Below, piece by piece: positions 48,960-62,204 of a stretch of 64,000 nt of DNA. The notes below the pieces were generated by a model that did no database searches, was not told the origin of the DNA, and worked only from the letters and a program-made list of their open reading frames with translations. Numbering within the stretch: the first letter of the stretch is position 1; the number at the start of each line of letters is the position of its first letter. The stretch comes from a virus: IMG/VR virus record IMGVR_UViG_3300046328_000506, positions 66,172 through 130,171 of that record; one strand, 5' to 3'. A program made the position numbers and the translations under genes.

Positions 48960-51900
48960 ATGGAAGATTTATACAATTTTATACACAATATAATATTTAA
49001 AGCAGTAAACAATATTCCTATGAATGGTAAATACAAACCATATAAGGAATTAGATTTTGAATTGGCTTATACATTAAAACCTTTATTGAAATTTTTTACA
49101 CAAGAACAATTGCAAGATTATTGTAAATGGAGTAAAACTCAAAAAACTTGTTGGGTAAGAAAATCCTTCTATAAAACAATGGAGTATAGAGGATATACTG
49201 TACAATGGTGTATATTTGAACCTAAGTATAATAAACATGGTATGAGTGCTTTAATTTATACCAAATATGTGTGTTATCATACTAACAATAAGTATAAAGA
49301 AGTGGTAATGGGTAAGACTATTAAATCTGAATTTGTTATGCCAGCTAATTATACAATTCACGAATTTATAAATGGGCATTTATCAAATAAAGAATTTAAA
49401 AAAGAATTAGATAAAATAATCAAACGAGAAAATGAACATACAATTTGAAACAGGACAAGGGAAGTTTACTTTGATAAAAATAGCTGAAACTTGGAATAAA
49501 AAAGATAGATTAGCTGTATCAATGGGAATTGAGCAGGAACTGTTATCTGTAAATCAATTTTATCATCCTATACAAATAGTTGAGTTAGGATTTGTAAACG
49601 AATTAACAGAAGAACAATGGAGTGTTGTTGTAGGTAAGGTTAATTGGTCAGATAAAGCTAAATATTTGTGTTATGATGATTCAGATACTGTATTGTTTAA
49701 ATCAGCAATTAAATCTGGTAAATCATTAATGGAAAGTTTAGGAGTAGATATTACAGATAATTATTTTTTGGTAAAGCATTTATAAGATTATGAAATATTT
49801 ACATGAGAAAATACCAATATTAATAAGATATTTAGAAAGAGGTCTGTGGAGTGTTGAAATTGCAGATAATTACAAAGAGTATATACCAGCTTATCAGCAA
49901 GATATTAATTTTGAAGATGTACTATTTCATTTTCACATTCCTATTTGGAATGGCTTTGATGAAAGAAGTGTAACAAATTACTTCAGTAATAAAAAAATAG
50001 CTATAAGTGTAGCTAAATACGTTAATGAAACATATTTGAACAATAAAGGTGAAATAATACAATGAAATATTATCTATACAACGAACACAGTAAATTAGTA
50101 CAGACTTTTAATAAATTTGATACAAATACCATAAGAGAAGCTATTATAGAGCAATTGAAAGTACATAAATTGATTACTTATGAGAAAGACAATGAGAACA
50201 CAGATGAAGTAGGTAATACAGTATTAGATTTATATCAGATTAATCCTGCCAACGGAGAGCCCTCAAAGATTTTTGAGAAATACGGAAAAATGTTTTATTT
50301 TTCATTAGTAAGTGATGATGACGAACAGTAGAAAAAAGATATTCAAAAGATTACGTAATGCAGGGTATAACCTAAGACTGTATATAGAAATGTTAAGATT
50401 AAGGATTACAGATAAACAATATAATTATGAGGAACATGGAGATTAGTTTAATAGAACAATGAAAGCAGAAAGACCTATTTACAATGAGCAAACTAATCAA
50501 TGGGAAATATGGGATTTTGTGTATGAAGAAAATAACGAAAAGTATTATGAGCTTCATACATTTTGGTCATACAAAGAAGCTATTGATTACTGGAAAATAT
50601 TAAACCCAAAAAATAATAAATAAAAACCTTGTCATTTACTTGATTAGGTTTCTTTTTTTAAGTATATTTGTAAAATAAACATTTAATCTTATGGAATTTA
50701 GTGAGAAATTAAAAGTAAAGATATTACAAGTTTTGATTAGTCAAGATATTTCTTATAAAGCAAATGTCGGGGAAGTAATAACTATGGATTTACTATCATA
50801 TTTAGATAGATTAGAATATACCTTGCAAGAACTTGTAGATATACAGAATGAATTAGATTATAAATTATCTGATAATCAGTTGTTGTTTGTATTTATAGCA
50901 TTAGAAAATAACCTTGAATTATCTTATGATTATTCGGGTAGAGGAATGTATGGTGAGCAATGTCCAAGTGTAGTTGGTAATGATACAGATACTAAGTATT
51001 TTAGTGGTGTATCTATTAGAACAGATAGTGCTGGTAAATACGATACTGTAATTTATGCACAAAACTAATGGGAATGTTAGAATTTGCTAACCCTATCCCA
51101 GTTGTGATAAAAGAAACTAAACAATTGGGATATGCTTTGTATGTAACAAGTTCGGGCACTCTGGAAAATGATGTGTTCTGTGTAGTTTTATGTGATGGCG
51201 GAACAATACTTCATGTTTTAACTAATCAAATTGTAATTCATTCAAATAAAACATTTAACATTACAAAACAAGAATTATGACTACTATATTAAGTAATAGC
51301 AAAGAAGTTAAGTCTAAGTGTTTAGATTATATTGGTGTAGAGTGGTTAAATGTAAAAGAAAGCTGGGTAAGCGAAGTGCAAGAATCTGTAATTAATGAGT
51401 TTGATGTATCAAAGTATCACAGTAAAGAAGATTTTATATTAGATTATGGTATATTAGGATTTAATTGCAGGTCTATAACTGTTTTTGATGATTTGAAACA
51501 TGGTGTTTGTGGTAGAATAGCTAATACATTTCCTTTATTTGTAAATATGACTTATAGTGTAGATATACATTCATTCTTACATTTTTATATCAAAGCTATT
51601 AAAAATGAAGATTTGTTATATACACTCTTGAATATTTACAAATCACCAACAAGTAATAGCTTTACAGTTTATACAAGATTACAAACTGTAAAAGATAAGG
51701 TTCGTAATTTACATCCTCACCAAGACATCTATTGTATTGATTGCAATAATAACAAAACAATGCAACTATTGATAAATTTGTTAAACTTTTTGATTAGTTT
51801 TGATACTTCTGATTATTATAAAGATAAAACTATAATTGAAAACGATTATAGTAGAGTGAATGTTATATTTTTGTCAAATGTAAATAGTCAAGAACATTTG

Positions 51901-53816
51901 TTATTACAAGAAATTAATAAACTATTCGTAAATACAACATTTATTATTAATGAAATATAGTGATGAGTTATTTTTAAATTATCAAGATGTACAGCAATTA
52001 TTATGGAAAGAAACTTTTGATGATTATATTGAATTATATCTTGATTTACAATTAGTTGGTGAAGTAGAAGTTTGGACAGATACAGGTAATGGAAGCAAAG
52101 AGTATATCATTATCAATTCTGAAATAGTCTATTTAGATAGCATAAAAGAAGTTTATTAACTAAACACATGTTACAATGAAAAAATATAAGTTATTGGTAG
52201 ACTCTCCATTATTAGGTGTAAGTGCTGGAGCTATATTTATAAAATCATCTGATAAAAGTGATTTTTATGGTTTTACACGTAAAGATGGTTATAGTGATTT
52301 TACAACAGTAGATTTTGTAGAAAATACCCCCAATATATTTGAAGAAATTAAACTTACAAATTCTTTTACAGAAGAAGATATGATTAATTTTGCAGAATGG
52401 CTTATAGGAGATAAACTTTACAAAGAACAATTAGAGTATTGGGTAAACAAACATAAACATGACTAAGAAAATAGAATTACAAATAATTGAAGATTTTACT
52501 TATCCTTTGTATTATGAAGATGAGTTTATTCAAGATATTAACTATAATACTTTCTTACAGTTAAGAGTTGATATTAGAAAATTGAATGATAGATTAGATC
52601 AAAAACCTTCTGGTTATTATCTTTTAATTAAAGAAAGGAAAGTTCATATTTTGAAGAATGGAAGGGTTAGTTGTATAGATGAATTAGGTTTCTTTTCTGA
52701 AGTACCTAAAAACAATTTTGAATTTCAAGTAAATTGTATGTTTGAATTATTTTAAAAACTATGAACAAATTATATAAATACTTACCATTTGGTATTCAAG
52801 GAATGTTAAATGAAGTTAATAAAGCAGAGTTGATTGGTATAAACTATTATCAAGAAAAATTAATACTTAAAAGTGGTTGGTCTTTTGAAGAAGTAGAGTA
52901 TGATGAGTTTAAACCTATTCTAAGACCATTTGAAGATTTAATAAAAGAGCTACCCTTAACAAAAGCTGCTGCTGAAATGATTGGATTGAAAGAAAGTGAG
53001 TTAGTTATACCTATTGATTTACTTAGCCAAGAAAGTAATTTTAATTGGCAACATAAATCAAATTCAGAAAATGAGTTTTTAGTTTTTACAAACGAAAAAG
53101 ATTTAGATTTTCTTAGAGCTATGAAATTTGCGATTGACTTTAAAGAATGTGACTATATTAAACTAACTGATTAAACATTATGTATATAGGATTTATAAGT
53201 TATTCATTTGGAGACCATTATTCTTGGGTATGTAAAGATTGGAAAGAAATGGTTGCATTTTGTTTAGATATGGAAGTAGAAATTGATAGAACAGAACCTT
53301 CTTATTTAGACGATAGAAATTATTATCAAGAAAATAATGATGGTACTTGGATTAGTATAGGTTTAGCAAGTGAATATAGTTTGAACCAAATAAAACAGTT
53401 TAAAGATGAATCATAATTTTTTACCTTTTGAGATAACTAAGATGTTACCAAAAGTAAATTCTTATCAAAAAGGATTAATTGAATGTGAATTATATAGATT
53501 TTACGAAATGATAGAAGACGGTGTTGAGCCATTCGTTAATATTGGGGAAGGTTTGGAATCTGACAGTTATGATTATTTATTTGATGCTTGGACTGTATTA
53601 GATGCTTTGTCTTGGCTTGAAACGCAAGATTATTATATTACTTGTAAACAGCAATGGGATAATAAAAATGTATGGTATTTTGATTTACATAAATATAATC
53701 CATTAACAATAATGTCTAAAAAAGATATAAAATTAATGAGTTATACTTCAAGAATAGAAGCATATACAAAGGGAATTGAGTATTGTTTAAAATTAATGCA
53801 AAAGAATGGAGAATAA
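48960..53816 (+). other. Run of hypothetical ORFs (48960-49448, 49432-49785, 49790-50065, 50062-50331, 50691-51068, 51068-51280, 51277-51960, 51950-52159, 52176-52466, 52459-52755, 52761-53174, 53180-53416, 53406-53816)
   Basis: Closely packed, co-oriented ORFs; promoter-like TATATTTG at 50663-70. Confidence 0.6.
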
Positions 53817-54375
53817 AAGCATATTATATTTTGTTGAAGAGCCTTTGATTCAAAAAGCATTACTTGAAGTAGGTTTATTAGTGTGGGATGAGTTTGATGA
53901 GCAATATTATTCTTCACAAGAGCTTCAAGAATTGATTTTAAAGCACTCTGATAGTAAGACAAGTAAAACATCATTTAGTGAAAAATCTCTTGTTGTAGAG
54001 CAGTTGTGTGAGCAATTTAGGGAAGTTTTTCCCGATAGTAAACACAAACTTGGTATTATAGCTGGTTCTCCAGTCAGAGAGTCTGTAACTACTCTCTCTA
54101 CTAAAATGGAGAAATGGATAAAAACGTATTACGTTAAGTATTACAAAAAAGATTACGGTGTAGATAAGTTTAATGATTTAATTTTAAAATCTACAAAATC
54201 TTATGTAGATAGATGTATTAAGAATAATTCATTTATAATGAAATCTGGGAATTTCATTTACAAAGGTTCTCCTGAAAAAGAATCAGCTTTACTTAACGCA
54301 ATTGAGATGTATTTAGAAAATAATCCAACAAATGAAAATAGAGAAAGTGGAAAGTCTGAAGTCCCAATTTGGTGA
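53806..54375 (+). CDS. Protein upstream of the helicase; possible initiator or helicase loader
   Basis: QFREVFP...ILKSTKSYV...NFIYK...SALL; positional inference. Confidence 0.5.
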   Translation: MENKSILYFVEEPLIQKALLEVGLLVWDEFDEQYYSSQELQELILKHSDSKTSKTSFSEKSLVVEQLCEQFREVFPDSKHKLGIIAGSPVRESVTTLSTKMEKWIKTYYVKYYKKDYGVDKFNDLILKSTKSYVDRCIKNNSFIMKSGNFIYKGSPEKESALLNAIEMYLENNPTNENRESGKSEVPIW

Positions 54376-55420
54376 TAGAAAGACAATACCTTTAATAACA
54401 CAAAGAGAAGCTATTGATAGAGCATTAGAGTATATTAAAGGGAGAAAAGATGGAACTATTACAAGTATTAAAACAGGTTTGAAAAAACTTGATGAATATA
54501 CAATGGATGGTCTTGAATACAATAAAATATTCAGTATTGCGGCTTTGTCTTCTCATGGTAAATCAGCTTTATCTAAAAAGTTAAGAAATGGTATAGCTTA
54601 TCTAAATGATAATGTTAAACAATTATGCTTTGGCTTTGAGATGGAAGCAAGAGAGCAAATTGATAGAACGATTGCTTCTGATTTAACTATTGATTTGAAG
54701 AAGTTATACTCTGTAAGTGAAAACTTATCTGATAATGACTTCAAACTTGTTCAAACTCACGTAAATACAGCACTTAAAAATAAGGACATCGTTTATGTTG
54801 AGGAAACTAACAACGTAGATACTATTATAAACACTATTTATAGTTATTGGTTACAAGAATGTGCTGAAAAAGACTTAACTTTGGTTGTAGAGATTGACCA
54901 TATTCTTCTTACAAAAGGTAAAGATGGACAAACAGAGAAGTCAAAGATAGATGAGCTAATGGAAAAGTGTAATACTTTAAAGCAGTATATTGCAACACAA
55001 GGCGGTAGGATTCTTATTATATGCTTATCTCAAATGAATAGAAATATTAGAGGTTCAAGTGAGTTAGAACTAAGAGAACCTGATACAGAAGATTTGTTTG
55101 GTAGTTCGTATATAGAGCAATTTAGCCATTATATAATGTTTCAGTATATCCCATTTAAGTTAAGGTGTAAGCATTATACTGAGAATAAGTATCCTACATA
55201 CATTAAATATGTAAGTCAGAGTAAAAAATGGGATAGTTTTAAAGTACCTTTTATTTTCCATCATTTGAGAAAAAATAGAAGTGGTGCAACACCAGAATAT
55301 CCAGCAATATACCTTTCAAACTTGAAACATTTTGATATAACAGAAATACCAAAAGATGAGATGGCTGAATATTGGACAGAGTTTAGAGATAAAGGAGAAC
55401 TTATACGTTATAAAGATTAA
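54332..55420 (+). CDS. dnaB: DnaB-like replicative helicase (C-terminal ATPase domain only)
   Basis: IKTGLKKLD; Walker A-like AALSSHGKS; FEM; IDH; LSQMNR; KNRSG. Confidence 0.88.
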   Translation: MKIEKVESLKSQFGDRKTIPLITQREAIDRALEYIKGRKDGTITSIKTGLKKLDEYTMDGLEYNKIFSIAALSSHGKSALSKKLRNGIAYLNDNVKQLCFGFEMEAREQIDRTIASDLTIDLKKLYSVSENLSDNDFKLVQTHVNTALKNKDIVYVEETNNVDTIINTIYSYWLQECAEKDLTLVVEIDHILLTKGKDGQTEKSKIDELMEKCNTLKQYIATQGGRILIICLSQMNRNIRGSSELELREPDTEDLFGSSYIEQFSHYIMFQYIPFKLRCKHYTENKYPTYIKYVSQSKKWDSFKVPFIFHHLRKNRSGATPEYPAIYLSNLKHFDITEIPKDEMAEYWTEFRDKGELIRYKD

Positions 55421-55424
55421 TTTT

Positions 55425-55652
55425 ATGTGGAAATATTTACCAGAAGTACCAAATGATAACAGAGATGTATTGGTTGCTTACAAATATGACAAACTACCAA
55501 TTCAAGCATGTTGGGATGGTTATCAGTGGCATGGTTCACGAATTGTACAAGATTATATGAAACAAGGTTGTGCAAACGATTCAGTATTAATTGTACAAAA
55601 TAAAATTTACGCTTGGTGTGAATTACCAAAAGTTCCAGAAGTATTAAACTAA
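55425..55652 (+). CDS. DUF551-like protein
   Basis: W..LP..P...DVLV...IYAWCELPKVP. Confidence 0.6.
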   Translation: MWKYLPEVPNDNRDVLVAYKYDKLPIQACWDGYQWHGSRIVQDYMKQGCANDSVLIVQNKIYAWCELPKVPEVLN

Positions 55653-55659
55653 TAAAATT

Positions 55660-56918
55660 ATGAATAAAGCATTAATTTACTTAAAAGAAGAATATAAATT
55701 TCCAGATGAAGATTTAGAAGATTTTTTAGCAATATCTATTGAAGAAGGTTATGTTGAAGAACAGTACGAGTTAGATAATTCAAGTGGGCTTGGCTCACTA
55801 CCTAATGAAATAGTAACTTACATTTTTAAAATAGGCGATAGATTATGTAGAGTAGTTTACATCAATGACAACTTAGATGAAGATTCTATTTGTTTTGTAG
55901 AAGAAAAAGAAAGAATGGTAAAATATTATGTACCAATAAAAGACTAAATTTATGACAACGCAAACAATAAATAGAGTTGAGTATAGTGAGCTTTTTAAAT
56001 TTGCAGAAGTTTATTATAATCTTTCTTGGAATGAATCTAATGATTTATTTTTTAATTATGTTGTTTCTTATGAATCGTTTGCAGAATATACAATTGATGA
56101 AGTAGCAAATCATACCTGGAAATCAGAAAGAGCAATTTTTGCATTTAAAATATTGTTAGATTTTATGCAGCAAAATAACATTAATTCAATATTTATAATA
56201 GGTTAAATTTTTATGAAAAAAAAAGTAATAATAGTTTATCAGGTTTCTTATGAAACTGAGATAGAAGTAGACACTAATTTACCAAGTGGGCAATATGACC
56301 AGTATATGTCACAAGAAAATGTAGAATTATACCTTGACCAAATAAATGACATTACTGATTCTGTAGAAGTTGATAATATTGCAATACCTGAAAATGAAAC
56401 AAGTTTTTATCGTAAACAATCGTTTGAAATAACTTCATTTGAAATAGTATAACTATGAAACTAATTAAAGAGAAAACTTGGAAATTTTCTGATAAATTTG
56501 AAATAAAATATGAAAATTTATTAGTTGGGGAATTTGCTGGTAAAATGATTAGATTTCTTCCTTGTATTGATATTTGGTGGGATAGAACTTTTGTTATTGG
56601 TGTAAGTTGGCTAAACATTAGTGTTGAATTTTGGTTTAATAAAAACTTATAATTATGAAAAGTAAAGAGGAGAATTATTATTTACGGTTATTAGAACTAC
56701 AAGATGTTAGTAGTGAAAGCGAAGATTTGTATGGCAATTTACAAGAAAACTATACAAAATTAATAATAACACGAGAAATATTGCACAATCTTATTGAGAG
56801 TAATTTATTATTACCACAATATAGGAAACAATATAATGAGCATTGGGAAATAATTAACGCTGAAAAAGAACGTCAATTTGAATTGATAATGAAGTATCAC
56901 AAAGATAGTCGTAAATAA
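55660..56918 (+). other. Small hypothetical ORFs (55660-55947, 55952-56206, 56213-56452, 56455-56652, 56655-56918)
   Basis: Co-oriented ORFs. Confidence 0.6.
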
Positions 56919-56919
56919 T

Positions 56920-59115
56920 ATGCAAGTAGTCTTACATGATATTGAGATAAACTACAATGAGGAGGAACACTCAGGAGTGTTCATAGACTGTGTTTATGAT
57001 TATGCAAGGGAGGATTTTGTAGGTGTATTTGAAATATCTCACAGGAGAAATCAACTAAAAGAATTGGTTGAATATTTTAAAAAAGAAATGTTAGTTGTTG
57101 GGTATAATAGTTTATATTTTGATGACATTATTATTCATTTCTTGATTAAAAACTACGATAGACTTTCTAAAACACCTACAATAGACATTGTAAAGGAAAT
57201 AGCTACATTATCTGATACTATTATTGAATCTCAAAAGAAGGATAATAATGATGGTAGTTTAATTGGTATATGGAATAAGTATAAATATAATAAACCATTC
57301 CATACAGTAGATTTGTTAGCTATGCACTTTTCTAAGAAGTTAAGGATAGGTTTGAAGTATGCTGGTATTTGTTTAAATTATCCTAAAATACAAGAAATGC
57401 CTATACATCATAAAGACCATTTATCTGATGAGCAAATAGATATGCTTATAGATTATTGTAAAAATGATGTAATGATTACCAAATCTATATTTGATTATTC
57501 TAAAAAGGCTCTTACTTTGCGAAAGAATATCAAAACTGAATTAGGTGTAGGTTGGGAAGTTTTATCGTTTGATGGTATTAAGTTGGGCAATACTGTTACT
57601 GCAAGAATGATATGCGAAGAACTTGGGATTACTGAAAAAGAATTTAATAAATTAAGGAGTGAAGTAACACAAGTCTCTGGGCAGGAAATACTTTTACCAT
57701 TTATTAAGTTTAATAATCAGAATCTCAAAGAACTACATAAGACTTTACTTGAAAGAACTTATTATACTAATGAGATAGAACATCAATTAAAAAAAGCTAA
57801 GGAAGAACAAGATGAACTTGAACCAGATGATGAAAACGAGCAAAAGAAAAAGAAGGGCAAGAAAGACAAAATCTTTGAATTATTCATCACTATTGACGAT
57901 TTGGAATATTCTATTGGCTATGGTGGTTTACATTCAATTAATAAGCCTGAGATAATTGTACCTCCAGAAGATTGTTATTTAATACAGTCAGATGTAGGAG
58001 GTTATTATCCAAGTCAAATTAAAATGCACAACTATTATCCAAAACATATTGGGGAAGCATTTAGTAAATCTATTGGTAAATCAGTTGATAAACGTAATAT
58101 AGCTAAGGCAAGCGGAGATACTCTTTCTAATGAACTTTACAAATTAGCTAATAATGGTGTGTTTGGTCAGTTAAACAATAAATATTCTCCCTTTGCTTCA
58201 ATAGACGTATTTCTTAAAGTTACAATGAATGGACAGCTAATGTTACTTATGTTAGTTGAACTTATTGTAAATGCTGGGTTTAAAGTGATTAGTGCTAATA
58301 CTGATGCTGTGAATGTTATTGTACCAAAAGACAGGTATGAAGAATATATTAGCATTTGTGAGTATTGGGAATACATTACAAAGATGAAATTAGACCATGA
58401 GAAGTTTGTTAAAATAATCCAAGAACATATTAATAGTTATGTAGCAATCTATGAGAAACCAGGAAAAGTCAAGGTCAAAGGTTATTTTGAACAGATTAGA
58501 TTTGGTAAAGGTTATAAACATCCTGTAGTAAAGAAAGCTGTATTAGATTACTTCATTAAAGGAGTTACAGTTGAAAAAACTATATTTGATTGTAAAGAAA
58601 TTTATGATTTTTGTATGGGTACTACAGTCGGTAAAACTTCTACAAAAGGTGCTTACAGAGTAATGTGGGGAGATAAGCAAACACAAAATATAGTAAGGTA
58701 CTATGCTTGTAACTCTGGGGAATATCTTTTAAAAGTTAGGGATGCTCAAATTAATCCTGGCAATATATTAAAAGATAGTAAAGTAATGTTGTTTAATGAT
58801 TATTTTTCAGTAGATAATTTTGAAGATTATGATGTAAACTATACATTTTATATAAATGAGGCTTACAAAATGATTGATAAAATTGAAAATAATGAAAAGT
58901 TAAAGTTGAAAGATTTTAGTTTTTATGCTGAAAAAACACAGATTAAAATTAAAAAACAACATTTAGATTGTACCAATGAAACAAATGTTTGTAGTGAGTA
59001 TCACAGTATTAATTATTTAGATAAAGATACAGTAATTAAAAAGTGTGGTATTTGTAATAAAACATTTATAACAAACTTAGAACTAAAAAACGTTTATGTG
59101 GAAGAAAGCAAGTGA
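56920..59115 (+). CDS. polB: Family B DNA polymerase
   Basis: Exonuclease motifs HDIE, GYNSLYFD and YCKNDV; polymerase motifs GGLHS, SDVGGYYPS, KLANNGVFG, NTDA, KVKG. Confidence 0.93.
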   Translation: MQVVLHDIEINYNEEEHSGVFIDCVYDYAREDFVGVFEISHRRNQLKELVEYFKKEMLVVGYNSLYFDDIIIHFLIKNYDRLSKTPTIDIVKEIATLSDTIIESQKKDNNDGSLIGIWNKYKYNKPFHTVDLLAMHFSKKLRIGLKYAGICLNYPKIQEMPIHHKDHLSDEQIDMLIDYCKNDVMITKSIFDYSKKALTLRKNIKTELGVGWEVLSFDGIKLGNTVTARMICEELGITEKEFNKLRSEVTQVSGQEILLPFIKFNNQNLKELHKTLLERTYYTNEIEHQLKKAKEEQDELEPDDENEQKKKKGKKDKIFELFITIDDLEYSIGYGGLHSINKPEIIVPPEDCYLIQSDVGGYYPSQIKMHNYYPKHIGEAFSKSIGKSVDKRNIAKASGDTLSNELYKLANNGVFGQLNNKYSPFASIDVFLKVTMNGQLMLLMLVELIVNAGFKVISANTDAVNVIVPKDRYEEYISICEYWEYITKMKLDHEKFVKIIQEHINSYVAIYEKPGKVKVKGYFEQIRFGKGYKHPVVKKAVLDYFIKGVTVEKTIFDCKEIYDFCMGTTVGKTSTKGAYRVMWGDKQTQNIVRYYACNSGEYLLKVRDAQINPGNILKDSKVMLFNDYFSVDNFEDYDVNYTFYINEAYKMIDKIENNEKLKLKDFSFYAEKTQIKIKKQHLDCTNETNVCSEYHSINYLDKDTVIKKCGICNKTFITNLELKNVYVEESK

Positions 59116-60436
59116 AATGGATAAATTACTCACAAAAAAATGGGTAAAAATGGAGTATTGGTATGGAAATCCTGAATTAAATCTTGATTGTTGGGGTAGA
59201 AAAATAACTTCAAATAGGCAAGGTTATAATGTTTATGTATTTGGTAAAAAAGACCAACACAAAGAACTTTATCAAATTACCGATTTTAGTTTTGTAGTAC
59301 GTAACAATTTTACAGGGATGTTTAAACCAGATAGTACAGCAGAAGAATTGATGGCATATATTGATTTTCGTGCTGAGTTGGGAATATTATCACATGGCAG
59401 AAGTCTTACTGAAAAAGAATTACAACAATTTTATTCTAAAACAAATGGAATTTAATAACTATGATGAATATGTCAATCCAATTTATGATGGGCTTGATAA
59501 AACAAACAATGGTGATAGTTATGCCTTAATAACTAATGGCAAAAATGGTTTGACTAAACGAGAACATGCTGTATTAACAATACTTAATGGTTTGTTATCT
59601 AATTCTATTTATGTTGAAAGATTTACACCTGAATATATGGTAGATAAAGCTGTCCAACTTTCAGACTTACTATTTGATAAACTACAACGATGACCGATAA
59701 AGAGTTTGAAAAATCAGTAATGGGAATTGCTGAACAGTATAAAGACTTGTACGATTCTATTGTAATAGATAGAGTTAAACAAATTTTATCTGTCGAGGAA
59801 GTATTCTTTGCACAAGGTGAAGATGCTGAATTAATATTTGATGATTTAACATTTTGTCCAAAAGGTTTAGATGAGAAGTATTATTTATTGTGGTATTTAG
59901 ATGGTGCTGGAGTTTTAACAAATGAAGAAGAAGATTAAATTGTACAAATATGATTATAAAAAACAAAATAGAATTTGCAAGTGAATTAGCAGATAAAATG
60001 CTAAGAAGTTCACACAATGACATTGAGATAGATATTTTTGAAGATGACGTATGTTATTACACAGAAGAAGCTCAAAAGTATTTTGATATTTATTATGACA
60101 TAGTTTTAAATCATATAGAAGAAAATGAGCAAGAACAATAATACAGCTTCAATGTACAGGGAAGAATACGATACATTAAGTGATTCTATCATTGACTCAA
60201 TTAAGTTTGTAGCATTAGAAAGTAGATTGGGAAGAATTAAAATAACAGATTGGTGTAGAACAATCTTAGAATTTAACTATAATACTAATAAGAACTTTAT
60301 TGATATTGTGTATTTTTATAGTGGAATTTTTGAGAACCCAACAAGATTTGTACTTAATGGTAATACTAAATCTGTCATGGATTTAATCAATATTTTACGT
60401 TTATTAGAAGAAAAAAATTACACAATTTTATCGTAA
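59096..60436 (+). other. Small hypothetical ORFs (59096-59455, 59445-59693, 59690-59938, 59950-60141, 60125-60436)
   Basis: Co-oriented ORFs; 59445 carries GLTKREH, a common phage motif. Confidence 0.6.
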
Positions 60437-60439
60437 TTA

Positions 60440-60471
60440 TTTGCATAATTGTAGGATTTGTTGTATATTTG
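60440..60471 (+). promoter_or_regulatory. Bacteroidota promoter
   Basis: TTTG-N20-TATATTTG. Confidence 0.75.
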
Positions 60472-60516
60472 TGAATAGTTTATAAGTTTTATAGTTTAAA
60501 TTTAATATTTTATTTT

Positions 60517-61209
60517 ATGGCTAATATAGCGATTGTAGGTAAAAGTGGTACAGGAAAATCTACGAGTTTAGGTAATTTTCCAGAATTAGGGATTGAGGGT
60601 TTAGTTCCAAAAGAAACAGTAATAGTAAATGTAAGTGGTAAAGATTTGCCGTTTAAGGGTTGGAAGAAAAAGTATTCTGGTAAAGTTTCAGAAGGTGGCA
60701 ATTACATGGAATCATCAAACAGTGATGATATTGCAAAATTAATTCAATATGTCTCTGAGAAAAAACCAGAATTTAAAAATATTGTAATTGATGATGCGCA
60801 ATATTTGATGTCTTTTGAATTTATGAAACGTGCAAAAGAATCTGGTTATGGTAAATTCGCAGATATTGGAGTAAATTTGGCAAAAGTAGCAGAAGCAGCA
60901 AGAACTGCAAGAAAGGATTTAAAAGTTTATTTCTTGTGGCATCCAGAAGAAGATGCTAAGGGTAATATGAAAATGAAAACTGTTGGTAAGATGGTAGATG
61001 ACTATTTGACTTTAGAAGGTTTATTTACAGTTATCCTTTATACAAGAGTTACTACTGACCCACAAGATAGGGCTGTTTATCAATTTGTTACTAACAATGA
61101 TGGTACATATCCTGCAAAATCACCTTATGGTATGTTTACTGAAAAATATATCAAGAATGATTTAGGTGCAGTTTCTAAGGCTATTGATTTGTATAACGAA
61201 GGAGAGTAA
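60517..61209 (+). CDS. AAA_24/Sak4-like ATPase (recombination)
   Basis: GKSGTGKSTS; IVIDDAQY; KTVGKMVD; AKSPYGMF. Confidence 0.88.
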   Translation: MANIAIVGKSGTGKSTSLGNFPELGIEGLVPKETVIVNVSGKDLPFKGWKKKYSGKVSEGGNYMESSNSDDIAKLIQYVSEKKPEFKNIVIDDAQYLMSFEFMKRAKESGYGKFADIGVNLAKVAEAARTARKDLKVYFLWHPEEDAKGNMKMKTVGKMVDDYLTLEGLFTVILYTRVTTDPQDRAVYQFVTNNDGTYPAKSPYGMFTEKYIKNDLGAVSKAIDLYNEGE

Positions 61210-61263
61210 TAAGTTTTTTATATTTATAGTTTATATTTTTTACATTTTAAAAGTTTAATTTTT

Positions 61264-62094
61264 ATGGGTTACAATACAAGTGGAAATCAGGCAAAATCAA
61301 GTGGTTCAAATGAGCAGAAGTTAATTATTGGTACAGATACAGCAAAAGTTTTATCTGTAAAATTGGGAATACAAGAGAAAGATGATATTAAAGTAAGGTC
61401 TTTGCAATTTTGGTTGAAATCTACATTGGGTGGTAGTGCTAATCACAATATCACTGTTAGTGCAAAAGATAGGGAAGCATCTAAATTGAAAGAAGATGGT
61501 ACAGGTAATGATTTTGAGTTTATTGACCAATTTGGTAGCACTGGTTGGGGTAAGACATTAGAAACAATTGGTCTAACTTACTCTTATGCTGATAAAAAAA
61601 CAGGTAATATGGTTGAAGGTAAAAGGGCTTTTGATTTTTCTACTGGAAGACGTGCAAAAGTTGGTGAAGCTGCTCTTACTCAATTCATTAGAACTCTGTT
61701 TAACAAAGCAAAAGATTCTCCTACTTACGACAAACTAAGTGAGTTTACAGGTGCTTCTGATTTTATCAAGTTAATTCAAGAAGATAGTGAGTTACTAAAA
61801 GAACTTAATGAAGCTATTAAAGCAGACAACAAAGAGCTTTTTGTAAACTATACTGTCTATACAAAGAACGATGGTACTTTAGGTAACAGGGTTATTCCTG
61901 TATTTGCTTCAGCTTTAACTTCTCCTGTAAACTTTAACAAAGAGTTGATTAAATATGCAGACAGACAAGCTAAATCTGGTTATCCTATTAAAGATGAGTA
62001 TAGCTTTTTAAATGCTGTTGAATATGGAACAAAACAAGTTTCAACAGATACTGTTGTAAGTAAAGTAGTTGAAGACGAAGGATTGCCCTTTTAA
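61264..62094 (+). CDS. Putative single-stranded DNA-binding protein
   Basis: Follows the Sak4-like ATPase; acidic tail EDEGLPF; FIDQFG..GW motif. Confidence 0.65.
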   Translation: MGYNTSGNQAKSSGSNEQKLIIGTDTAKVLSVKLGIQEKDDIKVRSLQFWLKSTLGGSANHNITVSAKDREASKLKEDGTGNDFEFIDQFGSTGWGKTLETIGLTYSYADKKTGNMVEGKRAFDFSTGRRAKVGEAALTQFIRTLFNKAKDSPTYDKLSEFTGASDFIKLIQEDSELLKELNEAIKADNKELFVNYTVYTKNDGTLGNRVIPVFASALTSPVNFNKELIKYADRQAKSGYPIKDEYSFLNAVEYGTKQVSTDTVVSKVVEDEGLPF

Positions 62095-62116
62095 CATTTG
62101 TTAACATAAAGAAGTT

Positions 62117-62159
62117 AAAATCCCAGAGATGTAAAATATCTTTGGGATTTTTCTTTTTT
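62117..62159 (+). terminator. Intrinsic terminator
   Basis: aaaatcccagagat/atctttgggatttt followed by a T-run. Confidence 0.75.
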
Positions 62160-62204
62160 ATTAGAATTAAGTTGTAATTTTGAAACATTAAAATAAAATA
62201 ATTT